The notes: a model not told the origin generated them from the letters alone. 48,485 nt of DNA from Tindallia magadiensis (GCF_900113635.1 NZ_FOQA01000003.1:1-48485); one strand, 5' to 3'; positions 19,459-30,529 are shown, counted from the first letter of the stretch. Translations and numbers: made by a program.

Positions 19459-21426
19459 ATGAGCCATCAAGAAAAAGAACGTGAGCTGGAAATAAATGAA
19501 AAAATGTATCGTGTCTATATGGATAAATCACCCTTAGGTATCTTTGTTACTAATGAGGAGGCACAATACATACGTGTTAACCCGGCTGGATGCCGGATGA
19601 CAGGATATACAGAAGAAGAACTTAAAAAGCTTACCATCGATGATCTTAGACCTCCAGAAACGAAGGATATGACTCTTCGGCTCAATGCAACAGAAGATGG
19701 TATGTTTACGGGAGAGTATATTGGTCTTAGAAAAAATGGGGAACGGTACTGGGGCCGTATTCATGCGGCACGAATTAATGAGAAAGAAAACATTGCGTTT
19801 TGCGAAGACATAACAGAGCAGAAAAAAGCAGAAGATAAAATTGTAAAGTTTTCCGAAATGCTTAAGGTTAAGAATGAGGAACTTGACGAGGCTGTTCAAA
19901 AAGCCGAAGCAGCCAATCAGACGAAAAGCAAATTTTTGGCTAATATGAGCCATGAAATTCGTACTCCTCTAAACGGGATTCTTGGGTTTTTACAACTCTT
20001 GGAAGAGACTGATATGGACCAGAAACAACAAGAATACCTTACCTATATTAAAACCAGCAGTGAAACCTTACTAACCATTATCAACGATATTTTAGATATA
20101 AGTAAAATAGAATCCGGTCAGTTAGAACTGGAACATATCGATTTTAACCTGAGCAGAACTTTGGAAGCTGCACTGGTTCCTATGTTTCAATCAGCCAGGG
20201 CAAAAGGCATAGACCTGAAGTTAGAGGTGGACTCTGAGGTACCTGCCTGGGTTAAAGGAGATCCTATCAGACTACGGCAAATTATCACGAATCTGGCAAG
20301 TAACGGCGTAAAGTTTACAGAAGAAGGAAGCGTTACCGTGTCCGTGCACCAGGTAGAAGCAAAGGATGAAACAACAACCGTTGAAATTCTTGTTACCGAT
20401 ACGGGTATAGGGATGAGTCAGGAAACGATAAAGAAAATATTTCAGCCTTTTTCACAGGCAGACAGTTCCAGCACTCGCAAATATGGTGGCACCGGATTGG
20501 GATTATCCATCTCCAGAGATTTAATCCATCTAATGAATGGAGAAATTCAGGCAGAAAGTCAATTAGGAAAAGGAAGTTGTTTTAAGGTGCGGATACCCTT
20601 TGAGAAAGGGGACGGGGAAAAGATTACCTATATCAGTGAAGAAATTTTGGGAGCGGAAAAAGAATGGAAAGATTCTAAAGTACTGGTAGTAGAAGATCAA
20701 GAGATAAACCTGGTGCTGGTGGAACAGGTACTGAAAAACATAGGGATTTCTTTTGATGTAGCAAGAAACGGGATTGAAGCTGTGAATGCTTTTTATAGAA
20801 AACAGCATGATTTAATCCTAATGGATATACAGATGCCAGTGATGGATGGACTGGAAGCAACTAAAAGAATTCGTTCGCTAAAAAACGTGCAACAGCCCTA
20901 TATTATTGCCATGACGGCTCATGTGATGCAAGAAAATATTAACCAGGCCTATGATGCAGGGATGGATGGATATATCCAAAAACCCATTGACTTGAAACAA
21001 ATGAAAGCTCTTTTTCGTAAAGAATCCACGGCTCAAAGATCAACTAAAGCTCAAAAGAAAGGGATCTTGTTTCATACAGACACAGACAAAGATGCAGAAA
21101 TAAAAGCAATGGTAACGGCCATGGTAACAGAAGCAGGGCTAGATAAAGACCTATCATTAGAACTATTGCAACAAGGGACAGCTATGTGGATCGATCAAGT
21201 TTGTCAGGCAGAAAAAGACTTGGCATCAGGAGATATGACATCCTTAAAACTTCTCTTTCATAATATGAAAGGAACGGCGGCTAATTTGCGGGTAAAAAAG
21301 CTGAGCGAAATGGCCACAGAAGCAGAGGCAAAAGTGATGGCAGAAGATATGAATGGTTTGCGAAAAAATCTGGCAGAAATAAAAACATATGTGAACAAAA
21401 TGAAGAATTTTTCGGCGGAAGAATAG
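19459..21426 (+). CDS. Soluble hybrid sensor histidine kinase (PAS-HisKA-HATPase-REC-Hpt)
   Basis: No TM segments. PAS region. H-box [15 protein letters not shown]-boxes DTGIGM and GGTGLGLSI. Receiver domain ([11 protein letters not shown]...[12 protein letters not shown]...KP). C-terminal Hpt ([12 protein letters not shown]). Confidence 0.85.
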   Translation: MSHQEKERELEINEKMYRVYMDKSPLGIFVTNEEAQYIRVNPAGCRMTGYTEEELKKLTIDDLRPPETKDMTLRLNATEDGMFTGEYIGLRKNGERYWGRIHAARINEKENIAFCEDITEQKKAEDKIVKFSEMLKVKNEELDEAVQKAEAANQTKSKFLANMSHEIRTPLNGILGFLQLLEETDMDQKQQEYLTYIKTSSETLLTIINDILDISKIESGQLELEHIDFNLSRTLEAALVPMFQSARAKGIDLKLEVDSEVPAWVKGDPIRLRQIITNLASNGVKFTEEGSVTVSVHQVEAKDETTTVEILVTDTGIGMSQETIKKIFQPFSQADSSSTRKYGGTGLGLSISRDLIHLMNGEIQAESQLGKGSCFKVRIPFEKGDGEKITYISEEILGAEKEWKDSKVLVVEDQEINLVLVEQVLKNIGISFDVARNGIEAVNAFYRKQHDLILMDIQMPVMDGLEATKRIRSLKNVQQPYIIAMTAHVMQENINQAYDAGMDGYIQKPIDLKQMKALFRKESTAQRSTKAQKKGILFHTDTDKDAEIKAMVTAMVTEAGLDKDLSLELLQQGTAMWIDQVCQAEKDLASGDMTSLKLLFHNMKGTAANLRVKKLSEMATEAEAKVMAEDMNGLRKNLAEIKTYVNKMKNFSAEE

Positions 21427-21489
21427 AGGTTTCTGGGATAAAAGAAAAAGTTGCGGTTAAATGATTGGTGAAAGGTAGAGGTGAACGTT

Positions 21490-23187
21490 ATGAAAGTTCT
21501 GCATCTAACAAATAATAAAGAGGTTGATGAAAGCATAAGTGGCATTGTGAAAGAAAAAAACATGCTTTACTGCCTTGAAACATTAGATACGGAAAAAAAC
21601 GAAGAAAAGTGGATGAGGCACGATCCAGATATAATAATTATTGAAGCAGAGAAATTGAACCAAAGGATATATCAATTAGCCGATGATTTATTGAAAAGAG
21701 GGGAGGTAAAAGCGTACTTATTGGTGGTTATAAAGGAAGAGCATTGTAAAACCAAAGAAGCGTTAGTGGAAATTGGAGTTAGTGCTGTAATCAATCGAAA
21801 AAGATTTTTCAAGGAGAAACTATCAAAGCATTTAGACACCATTATAAAAGACAATCTATTTCTTCAGTCACTACGATGCATGCAAATTGCGGTAATTGAT
21901 GATAGTCGTTTTTCTTTAGAGGTGATGAAAGGCTTTTTCTTGAAATACGATATTTCAGAAGTGGATTATTTTGAAGATTCACTCGATTTTATAAAGGCTG
22001 AGAAAAAATATGATCTATATTTACTGGACTTAATGATGCCGGGATATGATGGGGACGACATTATTCATATGATTAGGCAAACTTGTCATAATGCGGTTAT
22101 TATTCTTATTACAAAGCATGAGAATAACAAACTCCTTTCTCATTGTATGGCCTTAGGGGCTGACGATTATTTGTTTAAGCCTGTGGATTATGTTTTACTG
22201 ATGCAACGAATTAATGATGCTTTTAATAAAAAAGAGAAAAACAAACAAATAGAAATAGCATCAAAAAAGCTCTATGAGTTAGCAACCAGAGATACACTAA
22301 CTGGATTACACAATCGGGAATTTTTCAATGAGTTTTACGAAGAGAAAGCCTTACAAGCAAAGCAGAAAGGGCATATTTTTTCATTAATACTGTTTGATTT
22401 GGATTATTTTAAGGAGATTAATGACAAGTATGGACATCAAAAGGGTGATTTGGTGTTAATTGAATTGGCTAAAACGGTTTCGAATCATTTGCGGGAGACA
22501 GATTTGATTGCACGTTGGGGTGGAGAGGAATTCTGCATTCTGCTACCCGATACTAATAAGGATGATGCGTTTACGATTGCTGAAGCGATAAGGCTGTCAA
22601 TTCAAAAAATGAAGATTGACGGTATTAGAAGCATTACAGCCAGTTTTGGGTTGACTCAATGGCAGGAAGGTGATGAAAAGGAATCGGCTTTCAAAAGAGT
22701 AGATCATTCACTATATATAGCAAAGTTAACAGGAAGAAATAAGACGGTTGTCGATAAAAAAACAAGATTGTTAGTAAAAGATCGACCGATTAAAATTGAA
22801 TGGTGTCCTTTTTTTAGAAGTGGAAACGATCGTATTGATAAGGATCATGAAGCATTAGTCCAAGCATCCAATAAAATAATAATGCATGCTCTTGATAGCA
22901 GCAAAACAGAAACAGTAAAAGGGATGTTCGCCGACTTGATTGACAAAGTGGTATTGCACTTTAGAAATGAAGAAAAGGTACTTGAAGAGCACCATTATGA
23001 AATGGTTAGTGACCATAAACAAAAACATCAGGAACTGGCTGTAAAAGCGGCGATGCTTCAAAATGATTTTACGAAAGGAAAAATAGATGCTACTGAATTA
23101 GCAGAATTTCTAATACAAGACGTTGTAATCGGTCATATGATAGATCATGATTTTTTATTTTTTCCTTTCCTTGAAAACTCCGAGTAA
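21490..23187 (+). CDS. Pseudo-receiver + receiver + GGDEF diguanylate cyclase + hemerythrin-like domain protein
   Basis: First REC-like domain lacks the acid pocket (acceptor position is E in DIIIIEAE). Second REC is canonical (IDDS...LLDLMMPG...LFKP). GGDEF domain with RWGGEEF. C-terminal hemerythrin His motifs (DKDHEAL, HFRNEE...EEHHYEM...HKQKH...IGHMIDHD). Confidence 0.8.
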   Translation: MKVLHLTNNKEVDESISGIVKEKNMLYCLETLDTEKNEEKWMRHDPDIIIIEAEKLNQRIYQLADDLLKRGEVKAYLLVVIKEEHCKTKEALVEIGVSAVINRKRFFKEKLSKHLDTIIKDNLFLQSLRCMQIAVIDDSRFSLEVMKGFFLKYDISEVDYFEDSLDFIKAEKKYDLYLLDLMMPGYDGDDIIHMIRQTCHNAVIILITKHENNKLLSHCMALGADDYLFKPVDYVLLMQRINDAFNKKEKNKQIEIASKKLYELATRDTLTGLHNREFFNEFYEEKALQAKQKGHIFSLILFDLDYFKEINDKYGHQKGDLVLIELAKTVSNHLRETDLIARWGGEEFCILLPDTNKDDAFTIAEAIRLSIQKMKIDGIRSITASFGLTQWQEGDEKESAFKRVDHSLYIAKLTGRNKTVVDKKTRLLVKDRPIKIEWCPFFRSGNDRIDKDHEALVQASNKIIMHALDSSKTETVKGMFADLIDKVVLHFRNEEKVLEEHHYEMVSDHKQKHQELAVKAAMLQNDFTKGKIDATELAEFLIQDVVIGHMIDHDFLFFPFLENSE

Positions 23188-23216
23188 AAGCGAATAAGCG
23201 AAACCTTCTTCTGGTT

Positions 23217-24044
23217 CTAAATATAAGAGTGAACCCAAAGAATTTCAGCTGGAATATCTCCTGGATTCAACCATTGGTGGATTCGAGTAGATTCAAAATT
23301 AATAGAATCCTTCTCCTTTAAAATAAACTCCTTGCTTTCATCTAAGATGACCTGCAATTGACCAGTCAGCACGGTGATGTAATCATGCCCACTATTGTGC
23401 TGATGCTTTTTTAGATCTCCACAATTTGGTTCAATTACAAATCGGACCACTTCAAAGGGTTGGCTTTTAATGGTGGTCTGCATTTCCATGTATACCCCTG
23501 TCAGGCTGGAAGGTAAGCTCTGTCCATGTTCATATTGCACTACTTCTGTTGCAGGTTTTTTCCTTTGAACGTCAAAAAAACGAATGGCACTTTCGTCAAA
23601 AAAAGCAGCCAGCTTTTCAATAATCTTATAAGATGCGTTTACTTTTCCTTGCTCCACTCGACTTAAATAAGATGGTGAAATATGAATAGCTTTTGCAACA
23701 TCGGACAGAGTATAGCCCATTTTTTTTCGGTATCTTTTCAAAGTTTCGTAATGATAATGAGGATATTCCATTTCTTTTTCCAGAGGAGTATGGTGCTCAT
23801 CTCGGCTCAACATTTCCTTAATAATCGATTGATTCAAGCCCTTATCCTGAGAATATTCCCGAATTCGTTTTAATAATTCTAGATCATGAAAATCAAAAAC
23901 CCGGTAATTGTTATTCCTTCGTTTGGGATGTATGAGACCGCTCCGTTCCCAGTTACGGAGAGTGGAAACTGAAATTCCTGTGAATTTTGCTGCTTCCTTA
24001 ATGCTGAACAGTCGGTAATCATGTTGGGATGCCTCTTTTGACAT
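23217..24044 (-). CDS. Transcriptional regulator with MerR-type HTH + XRE-type HTH + C-terminal cupin
   Basis: N-terminus FSIKEAAKFTGISVSTLRNWERSGLI (MerR HTH). Middle LSDVAKAIHISPSYLSRVEQG (XRE HTH). C-terminal beta-rich region with His residues. Divergent from kynU. Confidence 0.65.
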   Translation of the reverse strand: MSKEASQHDYRLFSIKEAAKFTGISVSTLRNWERSGLIHPKRRNNNYRVFDFHDLELLKRIREYSQDKGLNQSIIKEMLSRDEHHTPLEKEMEYPHYHYETLKRYRKKMGYTLSDVAKAIHISPSYLSRVEQGKVNASYKIIEKLAAFFDESAIRFFDVQRKKPATEVVQYEHGQSLPSSLTGVYMEMQTTIKSQPFEVVRFVIEPNCGDLKKHQHNSGHDYITVLTGQLQVILDESKEFILKEKDSINFESTRIHQWLNPGDIPAEILWVHSYI

Positions 24045-24257
24045 TTGCGATCAATCCATTTCATCATAATTTTCCTTGTTATCAAACAGGATTCCTTTTT
24101 CAAGGTGAATGCTTATCTCTAACAGTCTAAATCTATTATAACATGAGAAAAGAAGATAGGGAATTTGCGTAACATTATTAAATATATTGACTAGGTTATG
24201 CAAAGATGATAGACTGGTTTCAATAAAATCTGAAGATCGAAAATAAGGAGGAAAACA

Positions 24258-25538
24258 ATGAGACATTTTGAAACAACTTTGGAATTTTCGCGGGAAATGG
24301 ATAAAAAGGATTTGTTAAAATCCTATAAAGAAAGGTTTTACATGGAAAAAGGGGTTATTTATATGGATGGAAACTCCTGTGGTCTTTGTTCGATAGATGC
24401 GGAAGTTTACGTGATGAAAGCCTTGAAAGACTGGAAAAAATTTGGAATTGATCTTTGGACACATCCGGAAGCCAACTATTTTCTATACCAAGATAAGTTA
24501 GCTAAATTAATGGCTCCCCTCATTAACGCCAAGCCGGAAGAGGTAACTATCTGTACCAATACTACTATTAACATTCATAAAGCCCTAGCTACCTTTTATC
24601 AGCCTACTCCTCAGCGGTATAAAATCATTGTGGACGACCTGAACTTTCCCACGGATAAGTACGCCGTGGATAGTTTTGTTAAGCTGAAAGGCTTAGATCC
24701 GGAAACCGCTGTAAAAGTAGTTAAAAGCCGGGATGGCAAACAGATCTTTGAAGAAGATATGATTGAGGCCATGACCGAAGATGTAGCACTGATCCTACTG
24801 CCTTCGGTCCTTTACCGAAGTGCCTATTTAACAGATATGCAAAAAATTGCCGATGCTGCCAGGGAGAGAGGCATTTATGTCGGTTTTGATTTAAGTCACT
24901 CCATCGGCAGTGTTCCTCACGATTTTGAATCCCTAAACTGTGATTTCGCCGTATGGTGCAATTACAAATACGTAAACGGCGGTCCCGGAGCTATTGCTGG
25001 ACTCTATATCAACGAAAAGCACTTTTCAAAAGGACCCGGCTTGGCCGGATGGCAGGGTAACAACAAAGCAACTCAGTTTGACCTGAAACAAAGCTTTGAA
25101 CCGGCAGAATATGCTGGTGGATGGCAAACAGGAACTCAGCCTATTTTGAGCATGGCTCCCATCGAAGGCAGCCTTCGCATGTTCCAGGAGGCCGGCATCC
25201 ACAACATTCGTGAAAAATCCTTGAAGCTGACAGCATACATGATGTACTTAATTGATGAAAAGCTAAAAAAATTCGGGTTTTCTTATGGCAACCCAGCAGA
25301 AGATCAACGACGGGGCGGCCATGTGGCTTTGGAGCATGAGGAAGCCATTCGTATTAACAAAGCCATGAAGGATCGAAAAATCATTCCAGACTTTCGCTAT
25401 CCCAATATCATTAGACTAGCACCAGTAGCCTTTTATGTGTCCTTTGAGGACGTATATCGGATGGTGGAAATTATTGAAGACATTATGGAAACCAAAGCTT
25501 ATGAAGACTATGACGGCAGCCGGGGTACTGTCGCGTAA
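24258..25538 (+). CDS. kynU: Kynureninase
   Basis: GVIYMDGNSCG, DFAVWCNYKYVNGGPG, GWQTGTQPILS and RRGGHVALEH match kynureninase signature blocks (compare GVIYLDGNSLG and CTYKYLNGGPG). Confidence 0.85.
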   Translation: MRHFETTLEFSREMDKKDLLKSYKERFYMEKGVIYMDGNSCGLCSIDAEVYVMKALKDWKKFGIDLWTHPEANYFLYQDKLAKLMAPLINAKPEEVTICTNTTINIHKALATFYQPTPQRYKIIVDDLNFPTDKYAVDSFVKLKGLDPETAVKVVKSRDGKQIFEEDMIEAMTEDVALILLPSVLYRSAYLTDMQKIADAARERGIYVGFDLSHSIGSVPHDFESLNCDFAVWCNYKYVNGGPGAIAGLYINEKHFSKGPGLAGWQGNNKATQFDLKQSFEPAEYAGGWQTGTQPILSMAPIEGSLRMFQEAGIHNIREKSLKLTAYMMYLIDEKLKKFGFSYGNPAEDQRRGGHVALEHEEAIRINKAMKDRKIIPDFRYPNIIRLAPVAFYVSFEDVYRMVEIIEDIMETKAYEDYDGSRGTVA

Positions 25539-25692
25539 AACTATGAGTTTGAATAAATTTTTAAGTTAAAGATGAACATTAAAAAAAATGTGTTTAGATA
25601 TTTTGGGAGGGGGGTAAAAAGAAATTGTCTTGCATCGAAGAAAATCGATTTGTTAAAGACAATATACTGTAAATAGGAGGCAAAGAAACAAA

Positions 25693-28600
25693 ATGAAATT
25701 CACAAAAAGAAAAATTCAAAGCATTTCGGTTTTATTGGTCTTATTTTTATTATTGCCTATGTTTGGGCAAATCCTGCCGGAAGGATGGTTGAAATATTTT
25801 CCGGATGGGATGACGGTGACGGCGGATACTTATGGGAGTGGATCGGTGACGGATGCGGTATATGGAGATCAATTTATAACGGATATACGTTTTACAAAGC
25901 CGGGTGGTCCAGATGATCTCAGCGAAAACCTAGATCCCTTAGAAGAGCCGGTTTCAAAAGATGCAGAGTTCCGAATTACGTACTATTTTGAAATACCGAA
26001 CACAATGGATGTTAAGGAAGGGGAATCTTTTACGATAACCATTCCTGAAGAGATCCAGAAAATCAACAATCAGTTTGAGGCACCTTTAAATGACGATAAT
26101 GGAAACACCATTGCAAATGCCACCTATTACACTGATAATCGGGTAGAAATAATCTTTACGGACTATGTAGAGAACGAAGGCCTGGGCGATATTAGTGGAT
26201 ATTTTTGGATTCAAAGGAGATTTGAGGAGTCTGCAATAGGCAACGAAGGAGAAACAGACATTATTTTTGATCTGAATGGAGAGAGTACCTTTGTTGTAAC
26301 CGTTGTATTTGAAACGATGGATGAAGAAACTCATATGGGGGTCAATAAAAGCAATAGTTACAGTGCTGAGAATAACGAAATAACTTGGATCGTAACAATT
26401 ACCCCTAGCACTTCGCCAACATCTAATTTACCTATAGAAAATGTGGTGTTCAAGGACGTTATTGAAGATAATCAGAATTTTGTTGATGACTCACTAACGA
26501 TAACATCAAATATTGCTGGTTGGATTTCAGATGATAAAGTAACGGTTATCTTGCCTGATACAGGGAATAACAACGAGTTGAAAATTGAGTTTAATGAAGC
26601 GGTCAACACAGAAACGGACGAAGAATACACCATTACTTTTAAAACAAATCCGGACATTTCTGGCTTTGCGGCGGAAGGAGATAGCGTTGCTTTTGAGAAC
26701 ACAGCTGTAGTAGAGTATCGGGATGTTCATAGTGGAGAAGTTGAAAGTGAAGAAGATAGCTCTACCAGAAATATTACAGCTAACTTTATCCAAAAATTCG
26801 GCAGTTATAATCAAGCTGAAAAACGGATAGACTGGACGATCACTATTAATAATAATTATTTTGAAATCCCTGCAGGTGCAGAGATTATCGATGAAATACC
26901 GGAAGGACTAACGCTACTTGAAAATAGTATTAGACTAGATGATGGGGGTCCTTTAACCATTAATAATGACGACGGACCATTAAAGTATAATCAAGATGGT
27001 TTGGATCCCGGAGTAGAGGGAATTTTATCCTATACTTTTGAAGAGGCATTGACTGGACCACATACATTGACCTACTCCACAGAGGTAACGGATGAAGATG
27101 CCTACACTTCCAACGATGCGACTACTTTTACCAATAAAGCCAGTCTGGAAGGAACTGGATTGATTGAGGCTCCCTCTATCGGTGTAGGTGTTGATGCTAC
27201 TACCAATATCATTCGAAAAACCAGCCCAGGATTCGATGCGGCCAATCAAGAAATAACATGGCAGATAGTAGTCAATGAGAACGAAATAGAAATTGAAAAC
27301 CCAGTAGTGACAGACACCATACCGGATGGCTTGGTATATGTGGAGAATTCTTTTGCTGTAAATGGTGATCAAACCAATACTGGATTTGATTACGATGAGG
27401 CAACCAATACATTCACTTATGATTTTGAAGGCATTAAGGATGGGGATCATAAGATTCATACAACCTATACATTAACCTTTAAAACAAGGGCAGTAAATAA
27501 TACGGATTACGCCGTGAACAAAACAACACCTTTTATCAATAGGGCTGTGCTGACAGGGGAAAACATCGAAACAACAGAAGATACAGCTACCCGTAACTAT
27601 ATTAGTCGTGTGATACAGAAAGATGGAGTGGATTATGACTATGTAGAAAAAATTGTTACATGGAGAATTCGAGTCAATCATAACGAGATGGAAATGACCA
27701 ATGCTCGTGTCGAAGATGTAATCGAACCTGGCTTTGCTTTCATACCAGGGTCTGTCACGATTAATAACGCTCCAGCTACTGAAAGGTCAGGTGTTGGAGA
27801 AGGTTATGAATATGATGAAGACACAAAAAAACTGACTTATCATTTTCCGGGCACCATTAACACATTACAGGAAATAACTTTCCAAACTGAAATAACAGAT
27901 CTATCCATTTTCGAAACCAATGGACCAATAAATGCTGAAAATACGGCAACATTGTTTGGCGACGAAATCCCTAGTGATAATGTGTCAGATACTGGCACCC
28001 AGGAGATAGTTCGTACTCTGGTGGAGAAAATCGGGAATTATGAAAATGGAGACTCCTATATCGAGTGGGATGTAGTAGTCAATAGAGACCAGTTGGAAAT
28101 AAGCAATCCAGTGTTAACAGATGAACTGCAGGAAGGTCTGGAATTGGATACGGCAACCATTCAGCTGAACCACTTGACTATTGCATCTGATGGAAGCTAT
28201 ACCATAGGAGATGAAGTGCCGCTGGAGGCAGAAAACATAGAGTACAATCCGGGAACTAGAGAGTTTACGTTTCGTTTTAATCAGGACATCGACAGTGCGT
28301 ATCTGCTGAGGTTTCAAACGGATATCGCCAGCGGGTATCATAATGCCACTTTCAGCAACGAAATTCAATTTGCTGGCAGCCATGGCGAAGAAAGCAGCAC
28401 ATCTTCCAGTATTCAAGTGGAAGTACAGACTGTTGGCGGAGGTGCGTCTGGAAGCAACGGAAGTATTACCGTTACAAAAATAGATGAGAATAACACATCT
28501 ATTAAACTGCAAGGGGCTGTTTTTCAGCTCTATGACCGTTTTGGTATGGAGTTAGGAGAAAGCAAGGAAACAGATGTAGAAGGCGAAGTACTGTTTGACA

Positions 28601-30369
28601 GCCTGAAATTCGACATTCCTTATACCGTGAAAGAAGTAACGCCACCGGAAGGTTATTATATGGCAGATGGTCAGGGAGAGTATACCTTCACTCTTACAAG
28701 CGGCGATAAAGACATCACCTATACCTTTGAAAATTCCAGAATTACAGGTAATATTCAATTTCAAAAAGTAGATGCAGACACGGAAAACTCCGTTGAAGGC
28801 GCTGTATTTAATCTTTATGAAAGCTCGGATGAAAACACGGTTATCGCTACAGCAACCAGTGATGAGGATGGACTTGTCACTTTTGAAAATGTGGGCTATG
28901 GAAACTATGTGATTAAAGAAGATGCACCAGCAACAGGCTACTTAATAACAGAAGAAACATTGGAAGCCAATGTTTCTGAAAAAGACGTGACTGTATTTGC
29001 TGGTCCTGCTGGCAATGAAGCTGAAAGATTTAAGCTGGAAAATCAGGTCATGAAGGGCAGCTTACAGATGACGAAAGTGGATGCGGAAGATAACAACCGC
29101 AAGCTAGAAGGAGCTACTTTCGAGCTGTTCAGAAAAAGCGGTGACATTTTCGTAAGCACAGGAATAACCGTGATGACGGATGAAAATGGGTTTGCTGAAA
29201 TAACAGATTTACCTTATGGTGACTACATTCTGCGAGAAATAACAGCGCCGGATGGATATTACCTGAGCAGTGAAGATCAGAACTTCAAAATAGAGAGCCA
29301 TGAAGAAATTGTTGTGATTGAAGTGGAGAACGACAAAATTCCGGAAGGAAATTTAGTCATCAACAAGCTGGATGCATTAAGCAAGATCGGAATTCCTGGA
29401 GTGGAATTTGAAGTGTACAACCAGGATGGGGATCTAGTAACCACCATCACCACCGATGGAGATGGTATGGCAGAAGCAGAAAGCCTATTTGTAGGAACAG
29501 AAGGTGAGTTCGCCACTTATACCCTTAAAGAAAGCGTAACGCCTGATGGATATCATCCTTCGGAAGAAGATAAAATCATTACTATTGAAGAAGGTACTGG
29601 CAATGCTTTTACCATCGAAAACCAACCCTACCGAGGACTGGAAATCATCAAAATTGATAGTAGAGATGAAACAAGAAGGCTGGAAGGTGCTATTTTCAGT
29701 CTCTATAGAAAAAATGGCATCAATGGTGATCCGATCAGAGAAGAAAAAATAACCGACGAGAACGGAAAATTACAGTTTGAATCACTGGAGTTTGGAGAGT
29801 ATCTCTTAAGAGAAACACAGGCTCCTTCCGGGTATCGGCTGAATTCAGAAGTTATGGAAATTCTTATAGATGAAGAAAGTCCTGGAACAATCAGTATCGA
29901 ATGGCCCAACACCCGCCGACCTACTGGCGGTGGCGGTGGAGGTACACCTCAAACTCCTGAGCCAGAAACACCAGGAGAAGAAACTGAGGGACAGCCAGAA
30001 ACACCCAGTAATCCTCCTACGGATGGAACTATTGAGATTCCAGAGGCAGATATACCGCTGGTAATTGTTCCACCAGAAAACGGTACCGTAGAAATCGATG
30101 AAGATGGTAATTGGACTTACACACCAGATCCGGGATATAACGGAAAAGATCGTTTTACAGTTCGAATTATTCGTGAGGATGGTACAGAAGAAGAGGTTGT
30201 TATAGAAATTGATCCAGATCCCATCCCAGAAGGAGGCATATTGATTCCAGATGTTCCGGAATTGCCGCAAACTGGTGAATCTCACCCAGCTAAAATGATA
30301 ATACTAGGCCTTCTACTGAGTCTTATAGGAATAATACTAAATCAAAAATTTGGGAGAAAAAGAGTATAA
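25693..30369 (+). CDS. LPXTG-anchored giant surface adhesin with repeated N-terminal Ig-like domains and about five CnaB-type (SpaA isopeptide) repeats
   Basis: Signal peptide. Four to five approximately 150-aa repeats (I[TED]W.I.VN...E[IM]...). CnaB-like repeats (ITVTKIDENN...GAVFQLYD; IQFQKVDADT...GAVFNLYE; LQMTKVDAEDN...GATFELFR; LVINKLDALS...GVEFEVYN; LEIIKIDSRDE...GAIFSLYR). Pro/Gly/Thr linker. DEDGNWTYTPDPGYNGKDRFTV Ig-like/VCBS-type motif. LPQTGE + hydrophobic segment + KRV tail. Confidence 0.85.
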   Translation: MKFTKRKIQSISVLLVLFLLLPMFGQILPEGWLKYFPDGMTVTADTYGSGSVTDAVYGDQFITDIRFTKPGGPDDLSENLDPLEEPVSKDAEFRITYYFEIPNTMDVKEGESFTITIPEEIQKINNQFEAPLNDDNGNTIANATYYTDNRVEIIFTDYVENEGLGDISGYFWIQRRFEESAIGNEGETDIIFDLNGESTFVVTVVFETMDEETHMGVNKSNSYSAENNEITWIVTITPSTSPTSNLPIENVVFKDVIEDNQNFVDDSLTITSNIAGWISDDKVTVILPDTGNNNELKIEFNEAVNTETDEEYTITFKTNPDISGFAAEGDSVAFENTAVVEYRDVHSGEVESEEDSSTRNITANFIQKFGSYNQAEKRIDWTITINNNYFEIPAGAEIIDEIPEGLTLLENSIRLDDGGPLTINNDDGPLKYNQDGLDPGVEGILSYTFEEALTGPHTLTYSTEVTDEDAYTSNDATTFTNKASLEGTGLIEAPSIGVGVDATTNIIRKTSPGFDAANQEITWQIVVNENEIEIENPVVTDTIPDGLVYVENSFAVNGDQTNTGFDYDEATNTFTYDFEGIKDGDHKIHTTYTLTFKTRAVNNTDYAVNKTTPFINRAVLTGENIETTEDTATRNYISRVIQKDGVDYDYVEKIVTWRIRVNHNEMEMTNARVEDVIEPGFAFIPGSVTINNAPATERSGVGEGYEYDEDTKKLTYHFPGTINTLQEITFQTEITDLSIFETNGPINAENTATLFGDEIPSDNVSDTGTQEIVRTLVEKIGNYENGDSYIEWDVVVNRDQLEISNPVLTDELQEGLELDTATIQLNHLTIASDGSYTIGDEVPLEAENIEYNPGTREFTFRFNQDIDSAYLLRFQTDIASGYHNATFSNEIQFAGSHGEESSTSSSIQVEVQTVGGGASGSNGSITVTKIDENNTSIKLQGAVFQLYDRFGMELGESKETDVEGEVLFDSLKFDIPYTVKEVTPPEGYYMADGQGEYTFTLTSGDKDITYTFENSRITGNIQFQKVDADTENSVEGAVFNLYESSDENTVIATATSDEDGLVTFENVGYGNYVIKEDAPATGYLITEETLEANVSEKDVTVFAGPAGNEAERFKLENQVMKGSLQMTKVDAEDNNRKLEGATFELFRKSGDIFVSTGITVMTDENGFAEITDLPYGDYILREITAPDGYYLSSEDQNFKIESHEEIVVIEVENDKIPEGNLVINKLDALSKIGIPGVEFEVYNQDGDLVTTITTDGDGMAEAESLFVGTEGEFATYTLKESVTPDGYHPSEEDKIITIEEGTGNAFTIENQPYRGLEIIKIDSRDETRRLEGAIFSLYRKNGINGDPIREEKITDENGKLQFESLEFGEYLLRETQAPSGYRLNSEVMEILIDEESPGTISIEWPNTRRPTGGGGGGTPQTPEPETPGEETEGQPETPSNPPTDGTIEIPEADIPLVIVPPENGTVEIDEDGNWTYTPDPGYNGKDRFTVRIIREDGTEEEVVIEIDPDPIPEGGILIPDVPELPQTGESHPAKMIILGLLLSLIGIILNQKFGRKRV

Positions 30370-30399
30370 ATTATTTTAACAGATAAGCAAAAGCGAAAA

Positions 30400-30433
30400 A
30401 CTGGTAGCCTAAAAATAGTGCTACTGGTTTTTT
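30400..30433 (+). terminator. Putative terminator after the adhesin gene
   Basis: ctggtagc...gctactgg (8 bp including 2 G:U pairs) followed by tttttt. Confidence 0.35.
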
Positions 30434-30529
30434 GTTTGAATATGATTACTTTATAGAAAGATAGTTTTTTGAGTGAGCAGTAGCTAAGTGGGAAAGAATT
30501 GCTAAATTATTTTAAGCAATAAAATAAAA

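Noticed and set aside
26086-30285. Numerous antisense ORFs within the adhesin gene
   Set aside because: They are fully embedded in a 4.7-kb ORF with coherent domain repeats. No independent support.
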